Source: Dipteris shenzhenensis
Taxonomy: Eukaryota
Length of the DNA: 64,000 nucleotides
Assembly: GCA_047967505.1 (NCBI GenBank)
Contig: CM106538.1
Direction: 5' to 3' (one strand)
Part shown: piece by piece, positions 8,683-22,141 of the stretch
Numbering within the stretch: the first letter of the stretch is position 1
Layout: every line of letters begins with the position of its first letter
Made by a program: the position numbers and the translations under genes
Notes under the pieces: model-generated
Seen by the model: the letters and a program-made list of their open reading frames with translations, nothing else
What the model was told of the DNA's origin: nothing
Databases searched by the model: none

Positions 8683-11210
8683 CCCGCTCACTGAGCCCCT
8701 TATCTTTTCCTTTCTGTGGCAGAGGCCTTAGGTTACTTTCTGCACTCCCAGACTCTTGGTATTATAGGGTTGCGGCTTCCGATCAGACAAGAGGAGGAGC
8801 TCCTTGACTCTGAGTTCGCAGATGACACTGCGCTATATGTGGATGGCTCTGTGATGAGCCTGGAGAGGGTCAGAGGAGCCTTAGCCATTTATTGTGAGGC
8901 TTCCAGAGCTCGCATAAATTGGACCACATCTTCATACGCTCGAAGGACCCCCAGGAGGCTCGAGATTGGGGAGCTGATTTTGGCTTTCGTTGGATCCCGA
9001 GAGGAGAGACAGTGCGTTACCTGGGCTGCCAAGTAGGCATTGACATTTCGACAGAGCAGCAATTCAGCCTGGTCCTAGAGAGAGTCAAACAAAAGCTCTT
9101 ATACTGGAGCTCTGCCAAGCTCTCGCTTGCGGGTCGTGCACTAGTGGTGAACCAGGCACTCTTAGCCACAGCCTGGTACATCACTTCATGTTGGTGTTTT
9201 CATCGGGGTTTTATGGGGCAGCTACGACGCCTAGTACGAAACTTCCTCTGGTCAGGATCGGACTGCACGTGCAACACTAGAGCCAGGGTGGCCTAGCAGT
9301 CAGTGATCTTGCCACAGACGCAGGGGGCACTTGGCATTATTGACCCAGAGATGCAGAGTAGAGCCCTCTTGGGCAAGGTGGTGGTGAGAGGCCTTACTCC
9401 GGGTGCAGAACCCTGGAAGCTGCTACTCCAACAGGGGCTTCTTGGGAACACACACCTCGCACTGGGGGGCAATGGCAACAATCTTACAGGTGGATCTTCT
9501 CCGAGGCTCCCTTGACAAGGAGGGGCTCTTCGTTGATGCGGAGTCTCTACAGAGTGTGGCAGAGATTGGCAGGAGGACTCATACGAGCTAGACCGTCTTG
9601 CAGAGAGGAGTTTGAGAGGTAGCCTTTGATTTGGCACCCAGATGTCAGAGACCTCGAGGGGGGCGCATGCTAGGGCAGCAGACTCATATCGGTTGGGCAC
9701 AATGGAACAAGGGACCAACATAATCCTTTGGGACATGGAGATGACTTCCTAGAGAGACAGAGGCCCACAGATAGGCCCTCCCCTACCTCCGCCGAGGAGC
9801 AGGTATCAGGATGCAAGAGATTGAGGAGGCGATCCCGAACTCCTAGTGGGAGGTACTACAAAGCCCCTGGACCCCCCATTCTTGGTCAGGACAGTTCTCG
9901 CGAACAAGGCACTGCTCCAGATCCGCTTCTTTCAGGAGTCTCTTGGTTCCCCCGGTCTCGTTTCTATTGGGCGGGAAAAGGAGGCTCATTGCATGCCGAG
10001 TTGGAGTTGGAGGAGGAGACAGAGGTGGACTTAGAGGACCTAGAGTGGCAGAGGATCAGGATTGTGGATCGCTTGGGCAAGACTTGGTACATCGATCCCT
10101 CCGTCATCTTATTGACTCCAGAGGGAGCGGTTTGGCGCCTTTAGATTTGGGAGGGCAGACTCTTGTGCGACCTCCAGTGGGACCCAGGGGAGTGATCTTG
10201 GGCTGCCTACATAGGGCATTCGCACCAGATCAAGGAGGTCTCCTTCTCGTATACCACTCGCATTGGGTGTCATCTACAGCTGGAGCCAACAGCACGGTCC
10301 CCTTCGAGAGAGCGCCACTGGCTTGAGCAGGATGTCCGACGAGAGGTCATAGGCTGATTTTGGCCCCGCCTATGGAGGAGTTTACGCCCGCAGAAGATCT
10401 CTTACTTCTTCTGGCTGTTGGCGCATGGAGTCTGCTCATCAGCCCCTGGCTAGAGCAGATGCGGATTGATGGCAGATGCACTGGTTATGGGGATGGAGTT
10501 CTGGAGACCATCCCACACTGTCTTTGGAGTTGCCTCATTGCACAGCGGATCTGGTTGGCGGTCCTCAGTATTGTTGCTCGCATATAGAGGATGAGCAGGG
10601 ATTTCACATGGGGGATGGCGGCCTAGCTCACGGAGGGAGGCCACGCCTTTGCGATCAATCTTGTCAGCCGGCTTATAGGAATGGACAACAAGTTTCTCGA
10701 ATTGAGATCCATGATGCAATTCAGCCCACCCGATCACGCCCACCAGCTCTCCCGAAGGATGGAGTTTGGGAGACCGTCTCTAGCATCACCGCTTGGAACG
10801 TATGGGTGGCCAAATGTAGCAGGGTGATGGGGGGCCAGTCAATCCCTCCGACGGCTACTTTAGTAGCCATCGGGTAGTATATCATCTTCACATTGCGCAC
10901 CATTTGGGAGCACGGTACTCCAAGCTCGAGAGCGACCATCGAGAGACGGGAGCGTTTCTACCAACCATGGCTGGCAGAGTTTTCTACACCCTTTCCGCAA
11001 GGGGTATTCATTGGGCATATAGACCACCAACATGGTTGCTAGCTCATGTTTCGGACTCTTTGTAGGCGATAAGCCGTGAGATCCGAAAATGGATGGTTGT
11101 TATTGTAGCCGGTAACCAGCTCGTTTCTTTATTCTCATCGACAACTCCTATTGGAAGTTGGTTGTATGGTTTTTTCAAGCATTAATAGAATTTACTTCTT
11201 CTTGCAAAAA

Positions 11211-11599
11211 GATTACTCTTTATTTTCTTAAGAGAAGTCCCAAATGGTGACATCCCCTCAGCTTCTAAAGAGTTGTTCCAACTTCTGGATACAACTGTAA
11301 AACTTGAGGATACTCCGAGAAGAATTCCTCATCTACCCACTTGGCATGAAGTACCGAATAATTCTTAAACTTGACAAGGTATCTACGGATAAAACCTTGC
11401 CTCTAGGTCATTTCTTCTCTGTATGATATACAAATTGTTCTGGTTGGAGGATCTCCTCCATCTCTTCTACCCCAGGTGACTCTTCTTGAACTGGTTCTAT
11501 GGGTTTTGGTCCTTGATACTTCTTAGAAGACTCGTATGAAAAGCATTGTGAATCTTCCAAGTTAGCTCTAGTCAAAATCAACTTCATTTATGGCCTCAT
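11211..11599 (-). mobile_element. 3' end of a minus-strand Gypsy (integrase C-terminus, chromodomain, PPT, start of 3' LTR)
   Basis: Reverse strand reads WKIHNAFHTSLL...EEILQPEQ...YLVKFKNYSVLHAKWVDE, then GCTGAGGGGA followed by TGTCACC (LTR start at 11252). Cut off by the LINE 3' end. Confidence 0.75.
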
Positions 11600-12070
11600 T
11601 GTCATGACAAGAGAAATCACTAATATGTGATTAGTAGACATTAAAACATTATTATATATTATACGCCAATGGTGTAACATGTATATGTATTTACGATGGA
11701 CACCAACCGATTTGTTATGGCGGTGGATCATCTCAGTAGATAGGACTAGTTGAGTTGGAGCCACTGCTTCAGACGGCATTGAATTTGGGCATGTGATACT
11801 TATTCTATTAATAAAAATGTGTACACACGTGTCTAGGTCCTAGGGACAATAGGAAGGGAAGGGTGCATTAAGGTGCATTGAATGGTAGATGCATGGGTCA
11901 TAGGCTAAGGGTAGGTGTAAATGGAAAGATGGAACTTGATTGATCTCAAGGGATATTAATGAAAGGATATCACCCTTTCATTGTGACTCTCACGTAGCAT
12001 TCTTCATTCACATTACATTCATCCGCCATCTCACACACACCTTGCATGTAGGTCGAACATAGAAACAAGT

Positions 12071-13624
12071 TGAAACCAGCCTCTAGTCACTCAGAGGGCA
12101 GTGGAACTAAACCTTTAATCACTTCAGCACTTATTTACAGCTCACAAAGCATATATCACAACCATTAACCATTGCATGATCACCATTTGGCATTTACCCA
12201 TTTGTTCACAAACAAAACCACTGAAAAAGGGATGGACGCTACAATGCCCCTGCTCAACAAACATAGACAAGTGCACCCGATTGGCCCCAAACACCATGGC
12301 GCCCCTTTCGGTATTTCTTTATATTTCACAGTGAAATGATTACAAGTTGCATCTGGGAGACCTTCCCTGCAACTGAGCATGCAGCCCTAATTCACTGAGC
12401 CTTCGCAAGGCTTTCAAGCATAGAACACCATCACATAAGTGCACTTAACCCATAGGCTCAATCCAAAGGCATTCTCTTTTCTGAGTGCAATTCCATTGGC
12501 TGTCTAGATGCAATCACACTGCACCCCAGCTGCACTCTCTTTGAGTGGTTTCCAAATGGTATTCACAAAGCTTTTCAAAGCTCCAAAATAAAATCGGCAA
12601 AGTACCCAACCAAAGAATGACTCATGTAGCACTGCCTAAGCACCTGTGAACCAAGAAAGAGACGGCACACGAGGCCAACCAATAGCTTATGGCAAAAAGA
12701 AATTGCAGCAGTAAAATCACAACTCACCAAGCCCTGAAAACTCGAACCAAGTCCTCAATCGCCAAGAGGACATTGTAGCCCAATTGCATTCTCAGCCAAA
12801 GAGGAGTGCAAAGGCATGAAGAAAGAGCATTTACAAAAGACGACCAGCAAGAATTCCACTGAAAAATGCGAAAAGAAGCACTTCTGTCGCGAAGAAGTGA
12901 GTTCTTGGGCTCAAAAGAAGCGTGCTTCAAAGAGGAATGCATTGAGAAGGTTTTGGAGAAGTTTCATCGCCGGAAAGTCCTCCAAAACTGAGAAAAACCA
13001 GTCAACCAGCGCATGGGACTACTCGAAATTCAAGAGAAAGCTGTAGCTTTGCAAGAGGAGAGGCCCAGGAGGCTGTAGAAGCAAAAAGGTCCAAAAAAAG
13101 CCACTTTTGCTCTGCTCATTCTACCAAACGCACGAAGGGAAAAGCATATCACTGCGAAGGGGAGGCAGAGGGAAAACCAAAACGAAAGTCGAGGAATCCA
13201 AACGGGTGAGGAGTTATGAAGAAAAATGGAATTCAGCTGAAGAAGGCTGAAAAACCAGCCCAAAATCTCAACAAAGGGAGAAGATGAGAGAGAAAACCAC
13301 ACGTGAAGTTTAGAAGGCCCAGAAAGGTCCAGGAATGGCAAGGGAGCATGTAGAAGGCACTAGAGCCACCTAACTCTAGGGGGGGCCACTGAAGGTACAT
13401 GGGTCTCTAGGGAATCCATTAAAAATGCCACGTCATCATTTTCCAACAACCACTCTTTTAATTCCGTGGAATGCCTTTGGGCCTAGGGAATAATTACGCT
13501 TATGTGCTAAGCACCATGCCGCGTTTAATTACACATTATTAAGCCCACGCTTGGACTTTTAAAACCAAAGTTGTCACAGTCTTGTAGTACATTAAAGTAC
13601 TTAGAATTTCATTCCCCCGTGACA
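12071..13624 (-). repeat. 3' LTR of element C
   Basis: Direct repeat of 19230-20792; adjacent minus-strand PPT AAGAGAGGGGTA. Confidence 0.92.
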
Positions 13625-14039
13625 TACCCCTCTCTTGAAACAGCAAACCACAGTTTGCTACCCCAAAACACAGGAGCGAGCATGAAATATACCATGAAAG
13701 AGTATACAAGAAAGCCGCAGCTATAGTATACAGAGACAGTGAAAATATGGCTAGGAGAGGCATGCATCCATCCATATACACTGCTCAAAATCTATGTGAT
13801 CCTCAGCGATCAATAGTCAAGATGCATCAATATCATGAAGTCTCACAGCAGAAATACTGTCAGCTCAGTATCTCGGATGAAACATACAGTGTCATCAAGC
13901 GACCTCATGAAATCACGGTTAGCCGGTCTATACTGAGGGAGTGGAGGTGCTACCCCCCTCTCGAACACCAAGTAATGCTCCAGACGCTCGCTCTACTGAA
14001 CTACCTGTAGGAGCCCTGACCACAGTCGGCTCTAACTGG

Positions 14040-17000
14040 AAAGCATCAAGGTAAAGCTGCAATATCTTAGGTGAATCTGCCAGTACACCTTTCTCCATCC
14101 ATTTCGCATCGAGTGTTGGGTAATTTTAAAATTTTACCAACTAGCGACGGATAACTTTACCCTTGAGCTTTCTATCTCTGTGTGCCAGAATCTGCTCTGG
14201 GACCAGAAGTTCATCCTGTTCTTTCACTTCAGGCTGTACCTCATCAGGTAAATCCTCGAGAACATCTGCATAATATTGCTTTAACAAGCTCACATGAAAG
14301 GCATTATGTATCTTCCAATGCGGAGGCAACTTCAGCCTGTAAACTATCTCGCTTATCTTTTCAGAAACCTGGAAAGGACCATAGTAAGGCATGTTCAGCT
14401 TTGTGTACAACCTTTCCTTGCCTTTCTTATTTGTCAACCTTGCCTTCTGAAAACGCAGCAAAACCCAATCACCTTCTGTGAATACCAATTCCCTGCGGTG
14501 CTTATCTGCTGCTCTTTTCTGCTTGTCCTAACTTCTTTGCAAGGCATATTTGATCTTCTTGTAAGCCTCTTCAAGGCTTTCCACAAAACGATCAGCTTCG
14601 AAGATTTTCTCTTTTGTATGCAAAATGGGAGGTATCTTCCTGGCACCTTCCACTATTTCCAAAGGTGCTTTACCTGTGGATGTGTGCACCGTATTATTGT
14701 AAGCATATTCCAGCAAAGGCAAATAATGCTCCCATTTGCTTTTGTGGTCTGAGACATAGCATTTAAACATATCCAGGATGGTAGAGTTTTCCTGCTCCGA
14801 TTGTCCATCAGACAGAGGGTGAAAAGATGACGAAAATTTCAAAGTAGTGCCCATGTTTTCAAACAGCCCTCTCCAAAAGAGACTGGTCATCCTCGGATCT
14901 CTATCACTGATTATGAATTCAGGCATCCCATGATACTTGAAGACATGCTGCAGAAACAATTTGGCCATTTGATCTGCTGTAATTTTCTCTTACTGGCACA
15001 AAGTGGGCTTGTTTGCTAAACCTGCAAATTATTGTCCACAATCCATCATGTCCAGTAGGAGTACGTGGAAGGTCAAACACAAAATCCATAGCTATGTTTT
15101 GCCATGGTCTATCCGGAATTGGCAAAGGGTGTAACAGCCCAGGTGCCTTCTGCCTGTCAAACTTTGCTTTTTGACAAACCATGCATGTTCTCGCATATTC
15201 TTCCACGTCTTTCCTCAAAGATGGCCAATAAAAGTATTGCTCCACTGCAGTAATTGTTGTTGTACTTCCCCTATGTCCTGCATATGGAGGAGCATGACTT
15301 TCCATTATGACTTTCTATCGCATCTGATCAATGACACAGAGTCGTCCATGCATCAAAATGAAACCCTCTTTCAACATATAGTGATCATGCCTTTGACCAT
15401 CAGAAAGCTGATCATAAATAGTTGAAATACTGATCTTTCATCACATCTGACACATTGTTGTAAGCAATGCTCACTGCTGAAACACTGGGTTTCTTGGAGA
15501 CTGCTTCAAGCTGTGGTTTCCTGAAAAGTGCATCAGCCACGACATTTTTGTTACCCGGCTTGAAAATGAAACATTGAGAGAGTTAGCCCATCTCATGTGC
15601 TTTTCAGATAATTTTCTCTGCGTGAGAAAATATCTAAGTGACTAATGATCTGTCTGCACATAAAAATCAGCTCCAAGAAGGTAATGTTTCCATGTGGTCA
15701 AAGCATGTATCACTGCTAACATTTCCTTCTCGTATGTCTGCAAGTACAATTCAGCATCTTTGAGAACTCTACTCTCATATGCAACCACTCTGCCATCCTG
15801 CATCAAAGTGCCTCCTATGCTGTTGCCACATGCATCACAAGTTACAGCAAAGGGTTTTGCAAGATCTGGCAAGATAATAACGGGTTCAGAACACAACTTT
15901 TGCTTCAGCTCTTCAAAAGCTGCATTTTCCTTTGGTCCCTACCGAAACGGTACAGCTTTCTTCTGTAAAGCATGCAAGGGAGAAGCAATTTCTGCAAAGT
16001 ACTTTATAAACCTCCGATAGTATGAACACAACCCAAGGAAGCTTCTGACTTCATGCAGATTTTTTAGAATTGGCCAACTCCTTATGGCCTCAACTTTTGC
16101 AGGATCCATCTTGACTCCATCCTTTGACACTATATGACCGAGAAAATGAATCTCATGCAAAAAGAACTCACTTTTCTTGGTGTTTATTAATAGCTTGTGT
16201 CTTTTCAACTCTTGAAACACAATGGTGAGGTGTTTCCTGTGCTCCTGCTCATTTTTAGAGAACACAATGATGTCATTAAAGAAAGTGCCCACAAACTTTC
16301 TGTGTGCTCTAAAAATTATGTCCATCATTCTATTGAAAGTGGCAGGTGCATTAGTCAAACCAGAAGGCATCACAAGGATCTCATATAAGACAAATGAAGT
16401 GCGGAAGGCAGTCTTGTAGACATCTTCAGGCCGTATCCTTATCTAATGGTATCCACTTTTAAGGTCAATACGACTGAACACTGAGGAACCTTCCAACTGA
16501 TCCAATATATCATCAATGCGTGGAATTGGAAAACGGTCCTTAATTGTGACTTTATTCAAAGCCCTATAATCAATACACATTCTCCAACTGCCATCCTTCT
16601 TTTGCACAAGGAACACAGGGGAACAGTAAGGAGAATTACTTGGCTGTATTAATCCCTTTTCCAAGAGTTCCTTCACTTGTGACATTATCTCTTCTTGTTG
16701 TGCCTTACTGACACGATAGGGAGGTATATTAGGCGGTGAGCTTCCTAGAATTACATCAATTTGATGATCCTCGAGCCTCTTGGGAGGTAATTCTTGAGGA
16801 AGTGCATCTGAGAAACAATCATGAAAATCTGAGATAAAAGCAACCCTTTCTCTATCTAAAGAAGAAAGACTGGAGCCTTTCTGGACTGGTTGGCTGTCCT
16901 CTTTGACAAAAATCAAGTACGCTGAAATATGACGCTTTATTACATTGGAAATACAAGAAGCTGAAACTACAGGGATGGACTCCCCTTTCAACTTTACATC

Positions 17001-17576
17001 TAGTACATGATTTTTGCCTCTATGAGTTAAAGAAATCTTCTTGTTTCTCATCTGCACATCAGCCCCCACCCTGTACATCCAAGGCATCCCAACAAGCAAA
17101 GCATCACACTCTGGCAAAGACATAATGTAGAAGTCCTCTGCATCCTGATATCCCTGGATATGCATCCTCAACTTGCCAATGATAGGAGTGACACGTGTGT
17201 TGAGTTCAAGGTTGGCCATATCACACATGCCGGATGGCCCCATTTCCTCAAGCTTGATGCCAAGCCTTCTTGCCATATCAGGAGTTATGAAATTCGCCTT
17301 TGCCCCAGAATCAAAGAAAAACAAACAACTCTGATTTCTGATTTTTTCCCATGCTCTCCACATCTCAGTCATTTTCGTTTCCTCTTCATCATGTGCATGT
17401 GGCAAACTCCCAATCACATCTGGAAGAAGTCCTGCGGAAGGTTTAGGCCTTTTGCCCTTCCGATCAACCTGTTTATCATCATTCTTACCATCATCTGACC
17501 TGCCTCTTTTCTTGGATGGGCAATCATAAGAGCGGTGTCCCTCTCCTTTGCATATAAAACATTTGTTTGGCTCCAT
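14040..17576 (-). pseudogene. pol: Disrupted Gypsy pol of element C (zinc knuckle, PR, RT, RH, IN, chromodomain)
   Basis: [94 protein letters not shown]...AKW. Multiple stops and frameshifts. Confidence 0.9.
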
Positions 17577-17627
17577 GAGTGACTTTTTCTCTTCATCTGA
17601 TAACTTGGTACGAGGCTGTTTATTAGG

Positions 17628-18581
17628 CTATCCACGCCTTTGACCAGCTTTGAATTGGGCTTTTCCTCCCTTTTGAAACGGCCGTTTGCCATAATTTTTA
17701 TTTTCAGATTTGATGTCCTTCTTATCCTGGTGTTTGGCAGCCCGTTTGCTGTCTTCTTTCTTGCTGTCCATAAAGCCCAAATTCTTCTCCTGCATCCATG
17801 CATATGCTGTCCTTGCATTCTCAATTAATTGAGTCATAGAACCCACCTTGGTTTTGATGCAATAATCATGTAGCTCACTAGGCAATCCACAACAATACCT
17901 CTCTATTTGCTCTTTCAAATAAACATGCCTGTAAGAGCTCAATGGCAGCAAAACATCCCAAAACCTCTGGGTGTAATCATCAAGATTCTTGCAAAGTTTG
18001 TATGACAAGTCATGCCAATGTGAAAGTACTTCAACTTCAAAAGTTAGAGTAAGCCAAGTAGAAGAAAACACTTGCTTAAATTCCAGCCAAGTAGCAGGTG
18101 CATCTCCATGAAGCATAAGGTTGGTGTACCACTTAAGTGCATTGCCTTTCAAAAATGTGGCAACCTTCCTCATCTTGGATGCTTCTGTAAACAAACCCCC
18201 AAGAAATGCAACATCAAACTGTTGAAGGAATGTGAGGGCTTTGTACCTGTCCTGTACTCCATTATATGTCTCTAACTTGACATGAGAACCACCATCCTTA
18301 AATTCTTTATATACATTTGATGTTGGCTGTCCCAAAGATGGCTGTATTTTTGCAGCATTCCCTTCACTAGGGAGAGCCATGCTTGGCTGAACATTAGGCA
18401 TGGGAGCATGTGCTATGGCTTGCATGCCTGGCTGCATTCCCACATTGTCATACATGGCTTGCTTTCTATGCCCAATTGGCAGTGAAATCAACATAGCATC
18501 AAAGATAGAATCTATACCAAAATATTCAGGTTGCTGCCGCAAATATGGGTGAGGTGACTGAGCCACATTTATGGACTGCAC
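17628..18581 (-). CDS. gag: Gypsy gag of element C
   Basis: 317-aa ORF with LKGNALKWY, TWLEFKQVF and YCCGL gag-like motifs, lying between the PBS and pol. Confidence 0.82.
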   Translation of the reverse strand: MQSINVAQSPHPYLRQQPEYFGIDSIFDAMLISLPIGHRKQAMYDNVGMQPGMQAIAHAPMPNVQPSMALPSEGNAAKIQPSLGQPTSNVYKEFKDGGSHVKLETYNGVQDRYKALTFLQQFDVAFLGGLFTEASKMRKVATFLKGNALKWYTNLMLHGDAPATWLEFKQVFSSTWLTLTFEVEVLSHWHDLSYKLCKNLDDYTQRFWDVLLPLSSYRHVYLKEQIERYCCGLPSELHDYCIKTKVGSMTQLIENARTAYAWMQEKNLGFMDSKKEDSKRAAKHQDKKDIKSENKNYGKRPFQKGGKAQFKAGQRRG

Positions 18582-19211
18582 ATTATTATTTTAAGGAGTA
18601 GAAGTACCCAAACCAAGGCCTTGCGCTGGCTGCTCATACTGTTGCACTGGCTGTACTTTTTGTACCTCTTTCTCAAGTGCTCTTTTAGGGGATTCCTCTC
18701 TCTTGGAAGTCACTTTCTGAGTCATTTTTTATGGCTGTCCCTCATGGGAAACTGATGCAAGAGTGTGCTGTCCGCCATGAGAAGCTGATGCATGTGTGTA
18801 CTCACTCTTTCCGTGCTTGTGCTTTCTTGATTTCTTCTTCTTCTTGGCATTTGTTTGCACAATCTGAGCCAAGTTTTGAGTCAGCTGAGCAAAGTAGTCA
18901 CTGCACTTGCAAGCTGTGCATTCAACATAGTAGCATCATCTGACTCACTGCTAGAACTAGTATCACCATTGAGCTGAGTTGTAGCTTCATGTGTAGCCTG
19001 CTCAAAAGGCATTTGTTGTGCTCCTTTTGCAACTGTACACTAGGTGGATCATTAAGGCTTTCCTGCCTTCTCCTTTGAGGAGTTGTGGAGCTCTCTTGCT
19101 CATGGGTACTCACCATGTTTATGGCTGTAATATTCAGCTATCAAAAAATGCAGCAAAGATATCTTTCCACCAAACTACCGAGGCCCACCTCTTGAGGAAG
19201 AGTGTGTGGTA

Positions 19212-19228
19212 TCCCGGCAATGGAACCA
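19212..19228 (-). promoter_or_regulatory. Primer binding site complementary to the 3' end of tRNA-Glu
   Basis: Minus-strand TGGTTCCATTGCCGGGA 1 nt after the LTR end. Its complement TCCCGGCAATGGAA-CCA matches the 3' end of plant cytosolic tRNA-Glu as I recall it. Confidence 0.75.
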
Positions 19229-19229
19229 A

Positions 19230-20792
19230 TGAAACCAGCCTCTAATCACTCAGAGGGCAGTGGAACTAAACCTTTAATCACTTCAGCACTTATTTACAGC
19301 TCACAAAGCATATATCACAACCATTAACCATCGCATGATCACCATTTGGCATTTACCCATTTGTTCACAAACAAAACCACTGAAAAAGGGATGGAGGCTA
19401 CAATTCCCCTGCTCAACAAACATAGACAAGTGCACCTGATTGACCCCAAACACCATGGCGCCCTTTCGGTATTTCTTTATATTTCACAGTGAAATGATTA
19501 CAAGTTGCATCTGGGAGACCTACTAAGCCTTCGCAAGGCTTTTAAGCATAGAACACCATCACATAAGTGCATTTAACCCATAGGCTCAATCCAAAGGCAT
19601 TCTCTTTTCCGAGTGCAATTCCATTGGCTGTCCAAATGCAATCACACTGCACCCCAGCTGCACTCTCTTTGAGTGGTTTCCAAATGGCATTCACAAAGCT
19701 TTTCAAAGCTCCAAAATAAAATCGGCAAAGTACCCAACCAAAGAATGACTCATGTAGCATTGCCTAAGCACCTATGAACCAAGAAAGAGACGGCACACGA
19801 GGCCAACCAATAGCTTATGGCAAAAAGAAATTGCAGCAGTAAAATCACAACTCACCAAGCCCTGAAAACTCGAACCACGTTCTCAATCGCCAAGAGAACA
19901 TAGTAGCCCAATTGCATTCTCAGCCAAAGAGGAGTGCAAAGGCATGAAGAAAGAGCATTTACAAAAGCCAACCAGGAAGAATTCCACTGAAAAATGCGAA
20001 AACAAGCACTTCTATCGCGAAGAACTGGGAGTTCTTGGGCTCAAAAGAAGCGTGCTTCAGAGAGGAATGCATTCAGAAGGTTTTGGAGGAGTTTCATCGC
20101 TGAAAAGTCTTCCAAATCTGAGAAAAACCAGTCAACCAGCGCGTGGGACCACTTGAAATTCAACAGAAAGCTGTAGCTTTGCAAGAGGATAGACCCAGAG
20201 GCTATAGAAGTAACAAGGTCCAGAAAAAGCCACTTTTGCAAATTCGACCAGCAAAAGAAGTGCTCAGCTCTGCCCGTTCTACCAAATGCACGGAGGGAAA
20301 AGCATATCACTACGAAGGGGAGGTAGAGGGGAAGCCATCGGGCCAAACGAAAGTTGAGGAATCCAAACGGGTGAGGAGTTATGAAGAAAAACAGAATTCA
20401 ACTGAAGAGGCTGAAAAACCAAGCCAAAATCTCAACAAAGGGAGAAGATGAGAGAGAAAACCACACATGTGAAGTTTAGAAGGCCCAAGAAGGTCTAGGA
20501 ATGGCAAAGGAGCATGTAGAAGGAACTAGAGCCACCTGGAACTCTAGGGGGGGCCACTGAAGGTACATGGCCCTCTAAGATGGCCATTAAAAATGCCACG
20601 TCATCATTTTCCAACAACCACTCTTTTAATTCCTTGGAATGCCTTTGGGCCTAGGAATTAATTACGCTTATGTGCTAGGTACCATGCCGCGTTTAATTAC
20701 ACATTATTAATCCCACGCTTGGACTTTTAAAACCAAAGTTGTCACAGTCTTGTAGTACATTAAAGTACTTAGAATTTCACACCCCCCTGACA
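19230..20792 (-). repeat. 5' LTR of element C
   Basis: Direct repeat of 12071-13624; followed on the minus strand by the PBS. Confidence 0.92.
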
Positions 20793-22141
20793 CGAGTACT
20801 CTCACGAGGGCGCTCTTCCCCATTGGAGGGTCAATCAGCATTCAAATTCTGCATGCATTACACACATTTGTATTCTAGAGAAGGCTGGTTCTTCACATTT
20901 GGTATCAGAGCAGCGCCAGTCCACAACCGAGATAGCAAGAGGGTGCGCGGGACAGAGGGCGAGAGCGCACGGAAGGCTGCATGGAAGAGAGCCGCAAAAG
21001 GAAGACTGCACGCAAGGCACAGGCCAAGAGAGCGACAGGAAGGCCACGCACAAAGAGCTGCAGGCGGAAGGAAGGGCGCCCACGCTCACCGCACCTTCAG
21101 TGGTATCAGAACAGGTCTTGCATTTATCTTCCAGCTCTCCTCAGCCTCCCGGAGTCCTCCATTGCTCATTGGGAGTCTGCTGCATTGCTGGTCGTCACAT
21201 TTCCAGCCTGTTCGAGGCTCTTCAGCTGCTGTCCAAGGCTTCCAGAGCCTTTTTGTTGCCATAACCTGCCTCATTGCTGCTTCCCAGCTGAGGCGACTGC
21301 TTCTAGGTCCTGCTGCAGCCTTTTCGAGGTCTCCTACAGCACCTGTGGCCATCTGTCACCATTTTTGTGCTGCAGATCACTTCAACCAGCCTTAGATCCA
21401 GGCGCCCAGCTCCCGCGACCTCTCCAGACCCATCTGCAGGAGGCGTCCTGCTGTCGCGACCTGTCCAAAGCCCTCCACAGAAGACATTTGCAGCCACGCA
21501 CACATTTCGAGGTATCTGAGGGCTGTTCCAGCTCTGCTCCAGCCGCCTTTTGCACTTCAACTTGCTGCAGCAGCTCCGTGGTCTGTCATATTCTACCTAC
21601 AGAGATCTTTTGGGTCTCAGCATTCAGTTCAGGGGACCAGAAGCTGATTTACAAGCAACATTTGCTGTTTTTTACTGTTTCTCACAGTATTTGACTGTCA
21701 AACCCTAATTTCCAACAGGAAAATTTAGGGCTTTTGATATTTGGACCTTCAACTTGTCAATCAACACTTTGGACAAGGTTGACAACTGAAATCCTTCCAA
21801 AAATTGAAGTTTTCAGTCAAATTCAGGTTTAGGACTGTCACATTGTGCCACGTCATCACTCAAGCCAACCAAATTTGGGGCTTTTGTGTTGGGAGCTCAA
21901 TTTCAGCTGGTAACTCTATTCCTATACCTTGCTGCACATATTTTCAGTCTATTTGCTCTCTCTATTTTATCATCTGAGCAAGAAAAGGCACCGTGTTGCC
22001 TTGAGGCCCAGTGCAGCCTCCTGGAAATATCTGTTATTGGCTCACACGTATTTGGGATAGTAAGACATATTTTTGCAGTTTAAAGCCTTGAGGCTATCCT
22101 TTGGTCACTTGGTCAGTGCATTTTTACTTGTACTATTTGCA

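Larger units (their letters stand above)
2006..11210 (+). mobile_element. Degenerate 5'-truncated LINE (non-LTR retrotransposon ORF2), split by the Gypsy insertion at 2319-8682
   Basis: RT motifs: HETHTGFV, LLDFEKAYDKVDWSFL (2090-2278), LSPYLF and EFADDT (~8690-8830), VRYLG and LSLAGRALVVN (8919-9296). A zf-RVT-like ETIPHCLWSC lies at ~10500, and an A-rich 3' end at ~11180-11210. Many stops and frameshifts. Confidence 0.85.
12071..20792 (-). mobile_element. Full-length decayed Ty3/Gypsy chromovirus-type element (element C) with ~1.55-kb LTRs
   Basis: LTRs 12071-13624 and 19230-20792 (TG...CA, diverged with indels). TSD CAAGT/CGAGT (1 mismatch). PPT just inside 13624, PBS 19212-19228. gag 17628-18581; pol fragments 14040-17576. 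Confidence 0.93.

Noticed and set aside
20739-21694. 218-aa and 237-aa ORFs in the Copia leader
   Set aside because: They overlap LTR, PBS and GC-rich leader sequence, several frames are open at once, and no domain is recognisable.
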